Origin: Nitrospinaceae bacterium
Lineage (GTDB): Bacteria; Nitrospinota; Nitrospinia; Nitrospinales; VA-1
Assembly (NCBI GenBank): GCA_046754465.1
Contig: JBHHVU010000029.1
Location: 1-38,420, forward strand
DNA: 38,420 nt
Direction of reading: 5' to 3'
The notes under the pieces were generated by a model. It saw nothing but the letters and a program-made list of their open reading frames with translations. It did no database searches and was not told where the DNA came from. This document shows positions 7,344 through 17,551 of this stretch, piece by piece. Position 1 is the first letter of the stretch, and the number at the start of each line of letters is the position of its first letter. The position numbers and the translations under genes are program-made.

Positions 7344-8627
7344 ATGGAAACTGTGAACATGGAACGATACGATGTGATTGTCATAGGGGGCGGTCCCGCC
7401 GGGTGCGCATCCGCCCTGTTCCTGTCCCGGCGGGGTTACCGGGTTGTTTTGTTGGACCAGGCCCGGTTTCCCCGCGACAAGGTTTGCGGAGAATTTATCA
7501 GTCCGGCGGCGGATGCCATTTTCGAGGACCTGGGAATTTTGTCCTCCATCGAATCCCTGGCCCCCATCCGGTTGCGGGGGGTGTGCATTTCCTCTTATGA
7601 ACGGGAGGAATTCATGGTGGACTATCCTCCCCTGCCCGGGAAACCCAATCCCGTGACCAGCCTGTCGTTATCCCGGTATGAGTTGGACCACCTATTGATT
7701 CGCAAGGTGCGGGAGGCGGGGATTCCCGTTCGGGAAGGCCACAAGGTGACCGATTTCATTTTGAAGGATGGGAAGGTCACGGGGGTTCGAGGCCGGGATG
7801 ATAAGCGGGTTGCCTTTTCTCTCGGCGCCAGGGTGGTGGTGGATGCCGGGGGCCGAAACAGTATTTCCCTGCGCCGGTTCAAACTCCGGGGAAAGGGGCT
7901 CAATTCTCGCAAAATCGCGCTGGCGGCGCATTGGAAGGGAACGAATTTCCTGTCCAATTATTGTTACATGCATATCAGTTCTCCGGGTTATACGGGAATT
8001 TCGCGGACGGGCAAGGAGGAGGTTAACGTGGTTCTGGTGGTGGACCGGAATAGCCTGGAAGGGGAGAACCCGTCAGAATTTTATCAGCGGACGATACGTA
8101 AGAATCCGCTGCGCCGCGGGTTGCTTGGCGATGCCGCGATGGCGGAAAAGGTGAGGACGGTCGATTCGCTGTCTTATTCCGTCAAATTTCCGCGTTGTGG
8201 CGGATTGGTCCTCGCGGGTGATGCCCTGGGATTCATCGATCCTTTTACCGGGGAGGGGATTTATCTTTCCCTGAGAAGCGCGCAACTGGCGGCGCCGGTC
8301 ATTGACGCCGCGTTCAGGAAGGGCGACTTCTCCAGCAGGCAGTTTTTGATTTTTGAAAAACGGCGCCGGCGGGAATTCAACAAAAAATTTCTGCTCAGTC
8401 AAATCCTTCAACGCCTGATTCATGATCCATTCTATTGCAATTGGGTGGTCAAGACCTTGGGGAAAAATCCGGATCTTGCACAGGAGCTGGTGGGGGTCAT
8501 CGGCGATTACGTTCCCGTCACCCAAGTGGTATCCTTCAAATTTCTCATCCGTCTGCTCACCCAGGGCTGGGGGCTTAAATCCGGCGCGCCCGGCCTCAAG
8601 AAGGTGAAAGCGCCAACGCATCTGTAA
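7344..8627 (+). CDS. NAD(P)/FAD-dependent oxidoreductase (geranylgeranyl reductase/monooxygenase-like)
   Basis: DVIVIGGGPAG, FPRDKVCGEFISP, LAGDALGFIDPFTGEGI; start may be 7344 or 7359. Confidence 0.88.
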   Translation: METVNMERYDVIVIGGGPAGCASALFLSRRGYRVVLLDQARFPRDKVCGEFISPAADAIFEDLGILSSIESLAPIRLRGVCISSYEREEFMVDYPPLPGKPNPVTSLSLSRYELDHLLIRKVREAGIPVREGHKVTDFILKDGKVTGVRGRDDKRVAFSLGARVVVDAGGRNSISLRRFKLRGKGLNSRKIALAAHWKGTNFLSNYCYMHISSPGYTGISRTGKEEVNVVLVVDRNSLEGENPSEFYQRTIRKNPLRRGLLGDAAMAEKVRTVDSLSYSVKFPRCGGLVLAGDALGFIDPFTGEGIYLSLRSAQLAAPVIDAAFRKGDFSSRQFLIFEKRRRREFNKKFLLSQILQRLIHDPFYCNWVVKTLGKNPDLAQELVGVIGDYVPVTQVVSFKFLIRLLTQGWGLKSGAPGLKKVKAPTHL

Positions 8628-8838
8628 GAAACGGGGCTCCCGCCAGGGGTTTTCCCTCGAAGGGAAAAATTGAGTGGGGTTTGAAAGGGCCGGGAGTCTT
8701 CGACGGTGGAAATCATCCCAGACGCCGCGAGGATAGGGATGTGTGGGTTCGGGCGGGAGAGTGCGGGGTGCACTCATACCGCGACCGATCTCGGCAATGA
8801 TCGGCGGGTCGAAATTTTTAACCGGAAAGGAAGAAAAT

Positions 8839-9066
8839 TTAATTCAATTCCGACTGGTATTCGTGGAGGATTTCCACCAGCCGGTCCTTAGTTTTTAATT
8901 TTTGCTTCTGGTTCTTTTTTTTCTCGATCTCCTGATCCGTCGTGAGGAATTTCAATTTGTTGAGTTCCTCGACCTTGTGCTTGAGTTGGGTATGTTCATC
9001 AAAAAGTTTTTTGAATTCCACATTTTCATTCTTGATTTTTTCCAGCAATTCCGGATTGATGTCCAT
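8839..9066 (-). CDS. YdcH/DUF465-family small coiled-coil protein
   Basis: EFKKLFDEHTQLKHKVEEL...KQKLKTKDRL pattern; GGGGG RBS; 75 aa. Confidence 0.8.
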   Translation of the reverse strand: MDINPELLEKIKNENVEFKKLFDEHTQLKHKVEELNKLKFLTTDQEIEKKKNQKQKLKTKDRLVEILHEYQSELN

Positions 9067-9084
9067 TTTGCCTGTCCCCCTTTC

Positions 9085-9768
9085 TTAAGTACTTTTTGAA
9101 AAATTAAGTTCGGCTTCCGACTTTCGCACGTAGGTGATCCGCAAGTCATCCAGGTCAACCTCTGCTCCGTCATCGAAACGAGGGTGCGCCAGAAGCGCGG
9201 CGGCGGCGGCGATCGACATCCTTGGGGGTGGATGAACAAACCGCGGCCCCAGTCGAGCCGAAAAAAAACCGCCGTAAGGGTCCAACCCGCTTCCCAAAAA
9301 TACCGTGGGTCCGGAAATCCGTCCGCACAATTCCTCCGGGGCAATGGCGCAATCGGGCGAAATGCGATCGAGACGATTTTCTTCGTATTTAAAGAACGCG
9401 GTATATATTTCCTTTTTCCGGGCATCCAGGATCGGGCAAATGGGATGCGGGGTGGGTTCCGCGCAGGCGGAAATTGCTTCCAGGGTGTCGATTCCCCGGA
9501 AGGGTTTGCCGGTATGAAGGACGAACCCTTTCACTAGGCTCACGCCCACCCGAAGCCCCGTGAATGAACCGGGTCCTGTGGTGACGCTGAATCCATCGAC
9601 ATCACTCCATTCCCAATGGGCGTCCGCCAACACCTGGTCCACCAAAGCCAACAAACGGTTGGAATAGGTGGACGATTTTTCCAACGAGGCCTGGGAAACA
9701 ATATTTTGGTTTTCGATAAGAGCGACGCTGCCCTGTGGAGTGGAGGAATCAATTCCCAGGATTTTCAT
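9085..9768 (-). CDS. tsaB: tRNA threonylcarbamoyladenosine biosynthesis protein TsaB
   Basis: MKILGIDSS, GPGSFTGLRVG, LDARKKEIY, YVRKSEAE. Confidence 0.95.
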   Translation of the reverse strand: MKILGIDSSTPQGSVALIENQNIVSQASLEKSSTYSNRLLALVDQVLADAHWEWSDVDGFSVTTGPGSFTGLRVGVSLVKGFVLHTGKPFRGIDTLEAISACAEPTPHPICPILDARKKEIYTAFFKYEENRLDRISPDCAIAPEELCGRISGPTVFLGSGLDPYGGFFSARLGPRFVHPPPRMSIAAAAALLAHPRFDDGAEVDLDDLRITYVRKSEAELNFSKST

Positions 9769-10145
9769 AATGCCATGAATGGTTGGGAACAAAATTGGGC
9801 AAGGGATTCAAAATTTCCAGATTCCTTTTCTGTTCTGAATGTCATTTAAAAATTATGGGATTCAGTTAAAAAAGTCAATTAAAAACCCGTGAGGAATCGC
9901 TGAAATATTATGGCGGCGCCTTGCCGGGGTCTCCCCTATTTTATTTCCTGGATTCAAAGGTCCTGTTCCCCGGGTTCCCGGGATTCTTCTTCATTCTTTT
10001 TCCGACGTATTTTTCCCTGTAGAGGTAATTCTAGTAGGGGGGAGCGACCCCGATATTTACAGAATACCTTGAAAACTTATGAAAAACCACAAAATGCAAA
10101 TCGGAGGTTCTTGGAATACTTATTGATTTTATTGAACTTATTTTC

Positions 10146-10174
10146 TTGACAAAAAATCATCTTGGCTTTATTTT
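10146..10174 (+). promoter_or_regulatory. sigma70 promoter
   Basis: TTGACA-17bp-TATTTT about 100 bp upstream of the small ORF at 10273. Confidence 0.5.
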
Positions 10175-10272
10175 GTAATGCACGGTAAATCTTTACCGTG
10201 TGGTTGGAGGAGGCATTGAATGGGATCCATAAAAGGAAGAGAAAAGTTTTAATTTTCGGAAAGGGCCATCCT

Positions 10273-10473
10273 ATGTTTTTCGAAGTAAAAGTTTTCGACG
10301 CCGATGGAGAATTGAAAAGAGTGATCACTCCCAGGAAATTGAGTAAGAGATTTTGGAAAAAGGAAAACAATAATTATCAGGACTATACGGATTACGACAC
10401 AGGAACCGACGATTGGAATTCCCGGAATTCCTTAGAGAAAGTCCGGTATTCAACAAGAGTTTCTATGGATTGA
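10273..10473 (+). CDS. Small hypothetical protein (66 aa)
   Basis: MFFEVKVFDADGELKRVITPRKLSKRFWKK; AAGGG RBS-like element and upstream promoter. Confidence 0.65.
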   Translation: MFFEVKVFDADGELKRVITPRKLSKRFWKKENNNYQDYTDYDTGTDDWNSRNSLEKVRYSTRVSMD

Positions 10474-10724
10474 TGTCCCCTGGAATTTAAATGGGCAAAA
10501 TGAATCGGGCGAACCCCTGAATGATCTTTAAAATCCGGCAGGGGAGGTGTTTCTGCCCCCCGGTTCATTTTGCCGGGGTGGTTCTCGATTCGCCCGGAAC
10601 CATTGATTGGGTTGAGTTTAAATATCATCCCTAATTTTATATCCCCAAGAGAGATTTTAATGCGATACTGGGGGAGGAAACCTCCGGTTCATCAGCGAGG
10701 TTTTGCATCCCTCAGGAGTGTATC

Positions 10725-11894
10725 ATGTATGTAACCACCGAGGACGATCTGGCGGTCCTTTGTGAAAAATTGAAAAATTGCGATGTTCTGGCCCTGGACA
10801 CGGAATTTGTCCGGGAAAGAACTTATTTTCACCGCCTGGGCCTCATTCAGGTGGCCTGCAACTCAATTTGCGCCCTCGTTGATCCCGTTCTTTTACCCAA
10901 CCTTGATCCTTTTCTGGATCGGATCACCGACCCCAAGGTGCTCAAAGTTTTTCATGCCGGGAAGCAGGATCTTGAAATTTTGTTCCGGCTGTCCGGAAAG
11001 GTCATCCAACCTGTTTTTGATACGCAGGTGGCGGCGTCCCTGGTGGGTTGGGGGTCGCAGATTTCTTTCGCGAAAATCGTCCAGAAGGTCACGGGAAAAA
11101 AAATCCATAAAACGGAAACCTATACCGATTGGTGCCGAAGACCGCTCAGCCAGAGGCAGATGGATTATGCAAGGGACGACGCGCGGTACCTGATCCCCGT
11201 TTATGAAAAACTCCTCAAGGTGCTGACCAAGCTCGATCGGTTCGATTGGCTTCAGGGCGAGTTGAAGAGTTTGGAGGATCCCGCGAACTATGAACTTCCG
11301 GACCCTCATCAACAGTTCTTGAGAATAAAAAACATACGCAACTTGAAACCCGGCAACCTCGCGGTGTTGAGTGAATTGGCCGCCTGGCGGGAAGAGGAGG
11401 CCATAAAAAGGGATTGCCTGCCCAAGGCGGTGGTCCGCGATGAACCTTTATTGGAGATCGCGCGTGTCCTGCCCAAAGACCCGAAGGAGTTGGGGGTCAT
11501 TCGTGGGTTTCATCGTAAGGAGATTGTAAAAAGCGGTCCCGCCATCATGAAGGCCATCCAGGTAGGATTGGCCCTCCCGGAGGACCAGTGTCCGCAATTA
11601 CCGGAGTCCGACGGCTACGCCACCCGCCGGGGCGTGGAAGAACTCCTCGCGGCGTTCGTCCAGCTCCGCGCCGAGGAAATGCGGATCGAGCCCAGCATCC
11701 TGGCTCACCGGAAACACATCCATGGTTTCGTCAAATGGCACGAACAGAATAAAAACCTGGAGGAACATTTCCTGTTCCAGGGGTGGAGAAAAGAAGGAAT
11801 TGGATTGCTGCTGAATTCGATTCTGGATGGGGAAAAGGGGCTGACGATTGGTAAAGACGGCCGGGTGCGGCTGGTTCCCGCAAAATCCGCTTGA
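10725..11894 (+). CDS. rnd: Ribonuclease D
   Basis: ALDTEFVRERTY, FHAGKQDLE, FDTQVAA, TDWCRRPLS, YARDD, HRDC region, C-terminal GWR. Confidence 0.95.
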   Translation: MYVTTEDDLAVLCEKLKNCDVLALDTEFVRERTYFHRLGLIQVACNSICALVDPVLLPNLDPFLDRITDPKVLKVFHAGKQDLEILFRLSGKVIQPVFDTQVAASLVGWGSQISFAKIVQKVTGKKIHKTETYTDWCRRPLSQRQMDYARDDARYLIPVYEKLLKVLTKLDRFDWLQGELKSLEDPANYELPDPHQQFLRIKNIRNLKPGNLAVLSELAAWREEEAIKRDCLPKAVVRDEPLLEIARVLPKDPKELGVIRGFHRKEIVKSGPAIMKAIQVGLALPEDQCPQLPESDGYATRRGVEELLAAFVQLRAEEMRIEPSILAHRKHIHGFVKWHEQNKNLEEHFLFQGWRKEGIGLLLNSILDGEKGLTIGKDGRVRLVPAKSA

Positions 11895-11938
11895 TCTTTT
11901 TTTGAACTCTTTACTGCCCTCGCGGCCAGGTTCTGTCC

Positions 11939-12532
11939 TCAAGGCTGTCGGGCCGCCGCCAGCCATTTTTTGAATGCTTCCTTTCTTCTCAAGGCCTCCA
12001 GGTCCGGGTCCTTCTCGATTTCCCGGAAATTTTTGTATCCAAATTGTACCGCCTTCTTCAACGAATCCAGGCTGGGACCGGTCTTTCCCGTCAGGGAGTA
12101 ATAACATGCCAGGTTGTAGTGCAGGAACGGATTGGCCGCGTTGATGGTTTCCAGGGATTTCAGGGTGGCGTAGGCCTTTTCGTAGTTTCCCGTCCGCAGG
12201 TAGGTGGTGCTGAGGTTGACGTAAGTTTCCTGGAATTTGCTGTTGTGCCTGAGCGCCATCCGGTAATTTTTGATCGCCTCCTGCCATTTTTCTTTCCGCA
12301 GTGCCTTGTTTCCCTCGTTGAAATGAAAAATTCCCATCCTCCTGTTTTTTTCCGGATCCGAGTGGGCGTCCCCCTCGTTCAAATGAAAGAGAGGCTCCTC
12401 GGTCGAGGATTCCGATCGTTCCGGCGGCCTTTTGGAAGAGCCGAATTGCAAATGATCTCCCGTGACGATCAACAGGGCGGAGAGGACCAGCAGGACCAAC
12501 CAATATTTTTTTAGGGCACCGGGAATCTTCAT
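11939..12532 (-). CDS. Membrane-anchored TPR protein
   Basis: N-terminal TM segment, TPR repeats, YNLACYYS...LKKAVQFGY...DPDLEALR; ATGA overlap with upstream gene. Confidence 0.85.
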   Translation of the reverse strand: MKIPGALKKYWLVLLVLSALLIVTGDHLQFGSSKRPPERSESSTEEPLFHLNEGDAHSDPEKNRRMGIFHFNEGNKALRKEKWQEAIKNYRMALRHNSKFQETYVNLSTTYLRTGNYEKAYATLKSLETINAANPFLHYNLACYYSLTGKTGPSLDSLKKAVQFGYKNFREIEKDPDLEALRRKEAFKKWLAAARQP

Positions 12533-13962
12533 GGGCAATGGGCTGGGGGCCGGGCGTTTTCCAAAATTCTTTGGAGTTCGTTGACCGACCCCAAAGGCAA
12601 GAGGTGTTCGATTTCGGCGCCGTGGGAACAAAGGTTGTAGATTTTGGATTGCGGGTGAATGCAGGCGATTTGTTCCAGGGTGCGTTTATAACTGTACATC
12701 GACTGGTCGGTGAGAACCTGGGTTCCGAAGGTTCCCTCCACCCCGATCTGTTTTTTCAGCCGGGCTTTTTCGAGGTGGGCCTTGCCGAGGGTTTTCCCAT
12801 GCTGCACCCCGTCGAGGAGAAGCCGGTTGTTGTCTGAATGGCTGGAATAGTTCCGTTGGCCTGTATAGGCGCAATCCTGCCCGGCCAGAATGATGGGATT
12901 GCATCCCAGCTGGATGAGGCAATCGAGTCCCAGGCAGGCGACGGATCCGCCGGAAGCGGTCGTCCCTTTTTCACGGGCCTGGGAAAGAGGGGCCGGGCCG
13001 GGGGAAGGTGATTCCTTAAAAACGACGAACTTTTCTCCCCGGTAACAGTGCAGGATTTTCGTGTTCGCCGTGGGGGTGAAGATCAATTTGGCGGGGACAT
13101 CGAGGTTGCCGATGAAATAACGGAAACTTTCCTCCTGCGGATCCAGGGAGAAAATGTATTGCGGAACGAGCCCTTCACGGGTCAGGATGGGCAGCGCCGT
13201 GTCGACGCAGCCCACCAGGGCGTACTTGGCGATGCGCCGCAAATGCGGGAGGACATCGTCCAGGGAAGGGCCGGCGCTGACCAGTACGCCGGGTTGGGAC
13301 CGGTGAATGCCTTTCAGGGAATTGATGCCCGGACTTTTGGCGGCGATTTCCCGGTTGAACGCCAAGTTGAGCTCCTCCAAATCCCCCAAGACCGCGGGAA
13401 ACCTGCGTTCCATCAACAATATTTCCAGGGCGTTGGCCAAGGACGGAAATTCAGGGGGAAGGCATTGAAACGACGGGCTGTGAAACAGGACTTCAAGGGG
13501 CGAATCCGGGGCATCTGTCAAGCGCTCCATGTACCGGGAAATTTCCCGGGAGACTTGCATTTCGTCCCGCCCGAAGATCAGGTGAAACCGGGAGTGGCCC
13601 AGGATCGCGGTTTGATCTTTCAGGATCATCGCCGCCGACAACAGGTCTGGATTCAATTCGATGACGAGAAGAAAACCATCGGGACCCAGGCGGTCGAGGA
13701 TGGGTCCCACATGGTAGCCGAGTCCAAACCCGTAAAGACAGATCCGGCTTCCGGGCCGGACCTTTTTCGCGAAACCGCGGCCTTCCTTGACCGGGTCGTA
13801 AGCGCTGTGGATCAGGATCCGATTATACTGAAGGGTCACGTCGCCCGAGCGTGCGGTCCGGACGGTGAGGTGATCGGACAGCGTCGAAGCGAGGTCTCCC
13901 GCGACGGGGGTGCGGGATTGGAATGCACGTATGTTTTTTTCGAACAACTGGTTCATGGGCAT
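12529..13962 (-). CDS. Motility-associated factor (Maf_flag10/DUF115) glycosyltransferase-like protein
   Basis: IHSAYDPVKE, YGFGLGYH, VSAGPSLD, GGSVA, GCNPIILAGQDCAY. Confidence 0.85.
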   Translation of the reverse strand: MPMNQLFEKNIRAFQSRTPVAGDLASTLSDHLTVRTARSGDVTLQYNRILIHSAYDPVKEGRGFAKKVRPGSRICLYGFGLGYHVGPILDRLGPDGFLLVIELNPDLLSAAMILKDQTAILGHSRFHLIFGRDEMQVSREISRYMERLTDAPDSPLEVLFHSPSFQCLPPEFPSLANALEILLMERRFPAVLGDLEELNLAFNREIAAKSPGINSLKGIHRSQPGVLVSAGPSLDDVLPHLRRIAKYALVGCVDTALPILTREGLVPQYIFSLDPQEESFRYFIGNLDVPAKLIFTPTANTKILHCYRGEKFVVFKESPSPGPAPLSQAREKGTTASGGSVACLGLDCLIQLGCNPIILAGQDCAYTGQRNYSSHSDNNRLLLDGVQHGKTLGKAHLEKARLKKQIGVEGTFGTQVLTDQSMYSYKRTLEQIACIHPQSKIYNLCSHGAEIEHLLPLGSVNELQRILENARPPAHCP

Positions 13963-14084
13963 TTTTTTTAAGCGGCCTTCCCTGGCATCATAGCATCATC
14001 TTATTCTGATCTTGCATTTAGATCGGAAATGTTTTAATAATCATTAGCGACAACCTGCCAACCGCTCCGCGCCTTGAGATATCC

Positions 14085-15962
14085 ATGCCCATCTCCTCGT
14101 TAGAAAAAAAAACCACCCGAATTCGTATCCTGCCCGAGGAATTGGCGAACCAGATTGCCGCCGGCGAGGTGGTGGAGCGTCCAGCTTCCGTGGTGAAGGA
14201 GTTGGTCGAAAACTCCATCGATGCTCGGTCCACCCGGATCCTGATCGATATCGAATCCGGCGGTAAAGGGATGGTCCGGGTGACCGACAACGGGGTGGGG
14301 ATGCCCAGGGAGGATGCCGAAAAGGCGTTTGCCCGGCATGCCACCAGTAAAATCACCAGTTCCGGAGACCTGGAAGTCATCCGTACGTTGGGGTTCCGGG
14401 GCGAGGCCTTGCCGAGTATTGCCTCCGTGGCCAGGGTCCGGCTCATGACCGCCAGTGATGAAAACCAGGGGGGAACCCAGGTGGCCGTGGAAGGAGGGGG
14501 GGCTCCGTCGGTTAAGGATTGTTCCCGGCCGCGAGGAACCACCGTCGAGGTGGCCCAGATTTTTTTCAATACCCCGGCGAGAAAAAAGTTTTTGAAAGGG
14601 GATACCACCGAGTTTTCGCACATCACCCAGGTGGTCACCCAGCAGGCCCTGGCCAATCCGCGAATCCATTTCACCTTGACCCACAACGGGCGGGAGATCA
14701 TCAATACCCTGCCCACCGAACAGCTTTTGTACCGGATCGCGGAACTCTTCGGGGCCGAGTTGGCGAAGGAACTGGTTCCCGTCCATATGGAAAATGAGGA
14801 TTATCATTTGGAAGGCTACCTTTCCAGTCCCGTTTTTACCCGCTCCAGCCGCTCCGCCCAATATTGTTTTATCAACCATCGATTCATCCGGGACCGGGTC
14901 ATCCTGCATGCGACCCAGCAGGGATACAGCCATTTGCTGCCCCGTGGCAAGCATCCGGTGATATTTCTTTTCCTGTCGATGGATCCCAAATTATTCGACG
15001 TCAACGTGCATCCCAGCAAGGCGGAGGTGCGATTCGCCTTTCAGCAGGAAGTCCACCGGCTGGTGAGCGCCGGGGTTCGAAAGGCGTTGAGCGGCGACGG
15101 CGGCGCCCCGGAAGTCCAGTTGGAAACCGTTCCGGGGGGCGCAGACATCCCCATTTCTCCAGCGCCTTCTCCATCGCAAAAGGTTCCGGAAAGCCCCAAG
15201 GGGACCCGGGACGATTCCTGTCAGGCCCCCGGGACATATTCTCCCGAACAGCGCCACCGACTTGCAAACGCGTTGGAAAGGATGTACCAGTCGCACACTG
15301 GGGCTTCTTCTTCCAGAGAGGTGCATCTGGAACAGCGGCCATTAATCTTTGACCATAAACCCATCCCCGTTTCTAACCTGATTTATTCCGAGTTTGAGCC
15401 CTTGGGGCAGGTGGACCGGTCCTTTATCATTTTGCAGGGGAAACGAGGAATCCTGCTGGTGGACCAACACGTCGCGCACGAACGGATTCTGTACGAGCGA
15501 TTTCGCAACGCCGCCAAAAACAGGAAAATTGAAATTCAGAAACTTTTGTTCCCTCAGTCCGTGGAACTGACTCCCGCCGAGGCCGAACTGTTGACCCCCC
15601 AATTGGAAAAACTCAAGGAACTGGGACTGGAACTCGAACCCTTCGGTCCGAGCGAATTCCTGTTGCGGTCCGTTCCGGCGATTCTTAAGAACAACGACCA
15701 CGCGCGGATTGTGAAGGAAATCGTGGAGTTGCTGCCGCGTCAGGAAGACCCGGCGGTCTTGCGGGAAAGGTACGAGGATATTCTTATCATGATGTCTTGC
15801 CGGAATGCCATCAAGGTCAACCATTCCCTGGACATGGATCAGATCCGCAAGCTGATTTTCGACCTGGAGCAGACCGAGATGCCCTTCACCTGCCCGCACG
15901 GACGCCCCATCGCACTGTTTTTCGATATAGAGGATATCCTGAAAAAATTTCTCCGGAAATGA
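14085..15962 (+). CDS. mutL: DNA mismatch repair endonuclease MutL
   Basis: NQIAAGEVVERPASVVKELVENSIDA, GFRGEALPSI, DQHVAHERILYE, CPHGRP. Confidence 0.98.
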   Translation: MPISSLEKKTTRIRILPEELANQIAAGEVVERPASVVKELVENSIDARSTRILIDIESGGKGMVRVTDNGVGMPREDAEKAFARHATSKITSSGDLEVIRTLGFRGEALPSIASVARVRLMTASDENQGGTQVAVEGGGAPSVKDCSRPRGTTVEVAQIFFNTPARKKFLKGDTTEFSHITQVVTQQALANPRIHFTLTHNGREIINTLPTEQLLYRIAELFGAELAKELVPVHMENEDYHLEGYLSSPVFTRSSRSAQYCFINHRFIRDRVILHATQQGYSHLLPRGKHPVIFLFLSMDPKLFDVNVHPSKAEVRFAFQQEVHRLVSAGVRKALSGDGGAPEVQLETVPGGADIPISPAPSPSQKVPESPKGTRDDSCQAPGTYSPEQRHRLANALERMYQSHTGASSSREVHLEQRPLIFDHKPIPVSNLIYSEFEPLGQVDRSFIILQGKRGILLVDQHVAHERILYERFRNAAKNRKIEIQKLLFPQSVELTPAEAELLTPQLEKLKELGLELEPFGPSEFLLRSVPAILKNNDHARIVKEIVELLPRQEDPAVLRERYEDILIMMSCRNAIKVNHSLDMDQIRKLIFDLEQTEMPFTCPHGRPIALFFDIEDILKKFLRK

Positions 15963-16088
15963 GAGGTAGACACGGCGGGTTCGAAAACCAGTGGCGGGAA
16001 ATGCCGGACCCCGTTTAATCCGTAGGCACGAAAAGGGAGAAAGAGGCGAGGGGGCGACGGCCCCGCGAGAATCTGGAATCCCAGGAAA

Positions 16089-16646
16089 TCACCCTTTGAG
16101 GGTGATTTTCTTTATGGACCGGGCCACCTTTTTCAGCCGGGCCGCGTTTTTGGCCTTGGTGACCTTTTTGGCGACCTTTTTTTTGCGTCCGGGTTTGACG
16201 GAGGCCGGCCGGGTATTATTCAACATCCATTCGATTTCCAGGAGGAATTTTTCACGGCTCGGACGGTCCATTTTCCTGAATAAGGTGAGTAGCTTTTTTT
16301 CATTTTTACTGGAACTGATCAGGAAATCCTGTTTCACTCCCTTAAACACCAGCCGGCCTTCATCCATACTTCCCCCGATGACTTCAAGTTTCTTGGAGGC
16401 CGCCGGGAGCGTCGAGATATCCGGAATTTTCAGATCCGCTTCATCCACCTGGGTGGTCAACAGACGATCCAGGGAAATATTTCCCAGCTTGGCCAGCTTG
16501 ACCAGCAGTGAAATGGGAGCGTCTCTTTCGCCGGCTTCGTACCGGACATAAGTACGGAACCCGATATCCAGCACCTGGGCCAGGGCCATTTGGGTGCAGC
16601 TAAGATTTTTTCGTATGGTTTTTAAATTTTCCGACAAGATGGTCAT
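16089..16646 (-). CDS. XRE-family HTH regulator with Lys/Ala-rich C-terminal tail
   Basis: ENLKTIRK..TQMALAQVLDIGFRTYVRYEAGERDAP..ISLDRLL. Confidence 0.85.
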   Translation of the reverse strand: MTILSENLKTIRKNLSCTQMALAQVLDIGFRTYVRYEAGERDAPISLLVKLAKLGNISLDRLLTTQVDEADLKIPDISTLPAASKKLEVIGGSMDEGRLVFKGVKQDFLISSSKNEKKLLTLFRKMDRPSREKFLLEIEWMLNNTRPASVKPGRKKKVAKKVTKAKNAARLKKVARSIKKITLKG

Positions 16647-16703
16647 TTAAATCCAACCCTTTCCCTTTTTGAAAATGAAAAGGATCCGGTAGCGAATCCT
16701 TTT

Positions 16704-17453
16704 CTAGGCGAGTTCAATGCCGTTCTTTTTTAAAAATTTATATGCCTCCTCGATCCAATACCGTTCCTTTTCCAATTTGTATTCCGGCAAATCCTTGGAG
16801 GAGCCGATCAGGGTCTTCATTTGCGCGATCGCTTCCTGTTTTTTGCCTCTCTTGTCGAGCAACCGGGCGTAGTGATAATAGGCCTTGAAGAAGGAGAAGG
16901 AATCGATGACTTCCCGGTACATGGCCAGCGCCTTATCCTCCATTCCCCCCAGGCGGTAACATTCCGCCAACCCGAAAATGGCGTTTCCGTAATCGTATTT
17001 TTTATCGATCCGGATCAGTTCCTCAAGCACCTCCGCCGCCTCGGTGTGCCGGCCCAAGCCGTACAGACTTTTGGCCAGCCCATAACGGGCTTCATTCATT
17101 TCCGGGTCTTTTTTGATCGCTTCCTGAAACTGCGGCACCGCAAGCTGGAATTTCTTTTGATCGAGATACGCATGCCCCAGTTTTTCGTAATGATAGGCTT
17201 TATGGAATTTGTTGATCAACTCCTTGAGCTGCAGGGTTTCCTCAGTTTCTATTTCCTTGGGCGGGGAAAGGTTAGGGAAGATTTTGAGTCCCTTGTTTCC
17301 CTTGGATTTCACAGCGAAATAATACACCACCGCGCCGATGGGAAATAAAACCACCATGATAACGATCCATACAAAGTGTTCCTTGCGCTGGATGCAGTCC
17401 AGGCACATCCAGACCATGAACACCAGAGCGATCGTTATGAATATATCCATCAA
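16704..17453 (-). CDS. Two-TM (PLDc_N-like) plus TPR protein
   Basis: WMCLDC...WIVIMVVLFPIGAVVYYF followed by several TPR repeats. Confidence 0.85.
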   Translation of the reverse strand: MMDIFITIALVFMVWMCLDCIQRKEHFVWIVIMVVLFPIGAVVYYFAVKSKGNKGLKIFPNLSPPKEIETEETLQLKELINKFHKAYHYEKLGHAYLDQKKFQLAVPQFQEAIKKDPEMNEARYGLAKSLYGLGRHTEAAEVLEELIRIDKKYDYGNAIFGLAECYRLGGMEDKALAMYREVIDSFSFFKAYYHYARLLDKRGKKQEAIAQMKTLIGSSKDLPEYKLEKERYWIEEAYKFLKKNGIELA

Positions 17454-17551
17454 GTTGAAAACTTATTCACTGAGAGTTCTTATGACAGCACCCCGTCTCA
17501 TCCAGACGTTCCGGCAGGAAGCGGCATGGCCGGGTTTGAGGCCGCCGGGAT

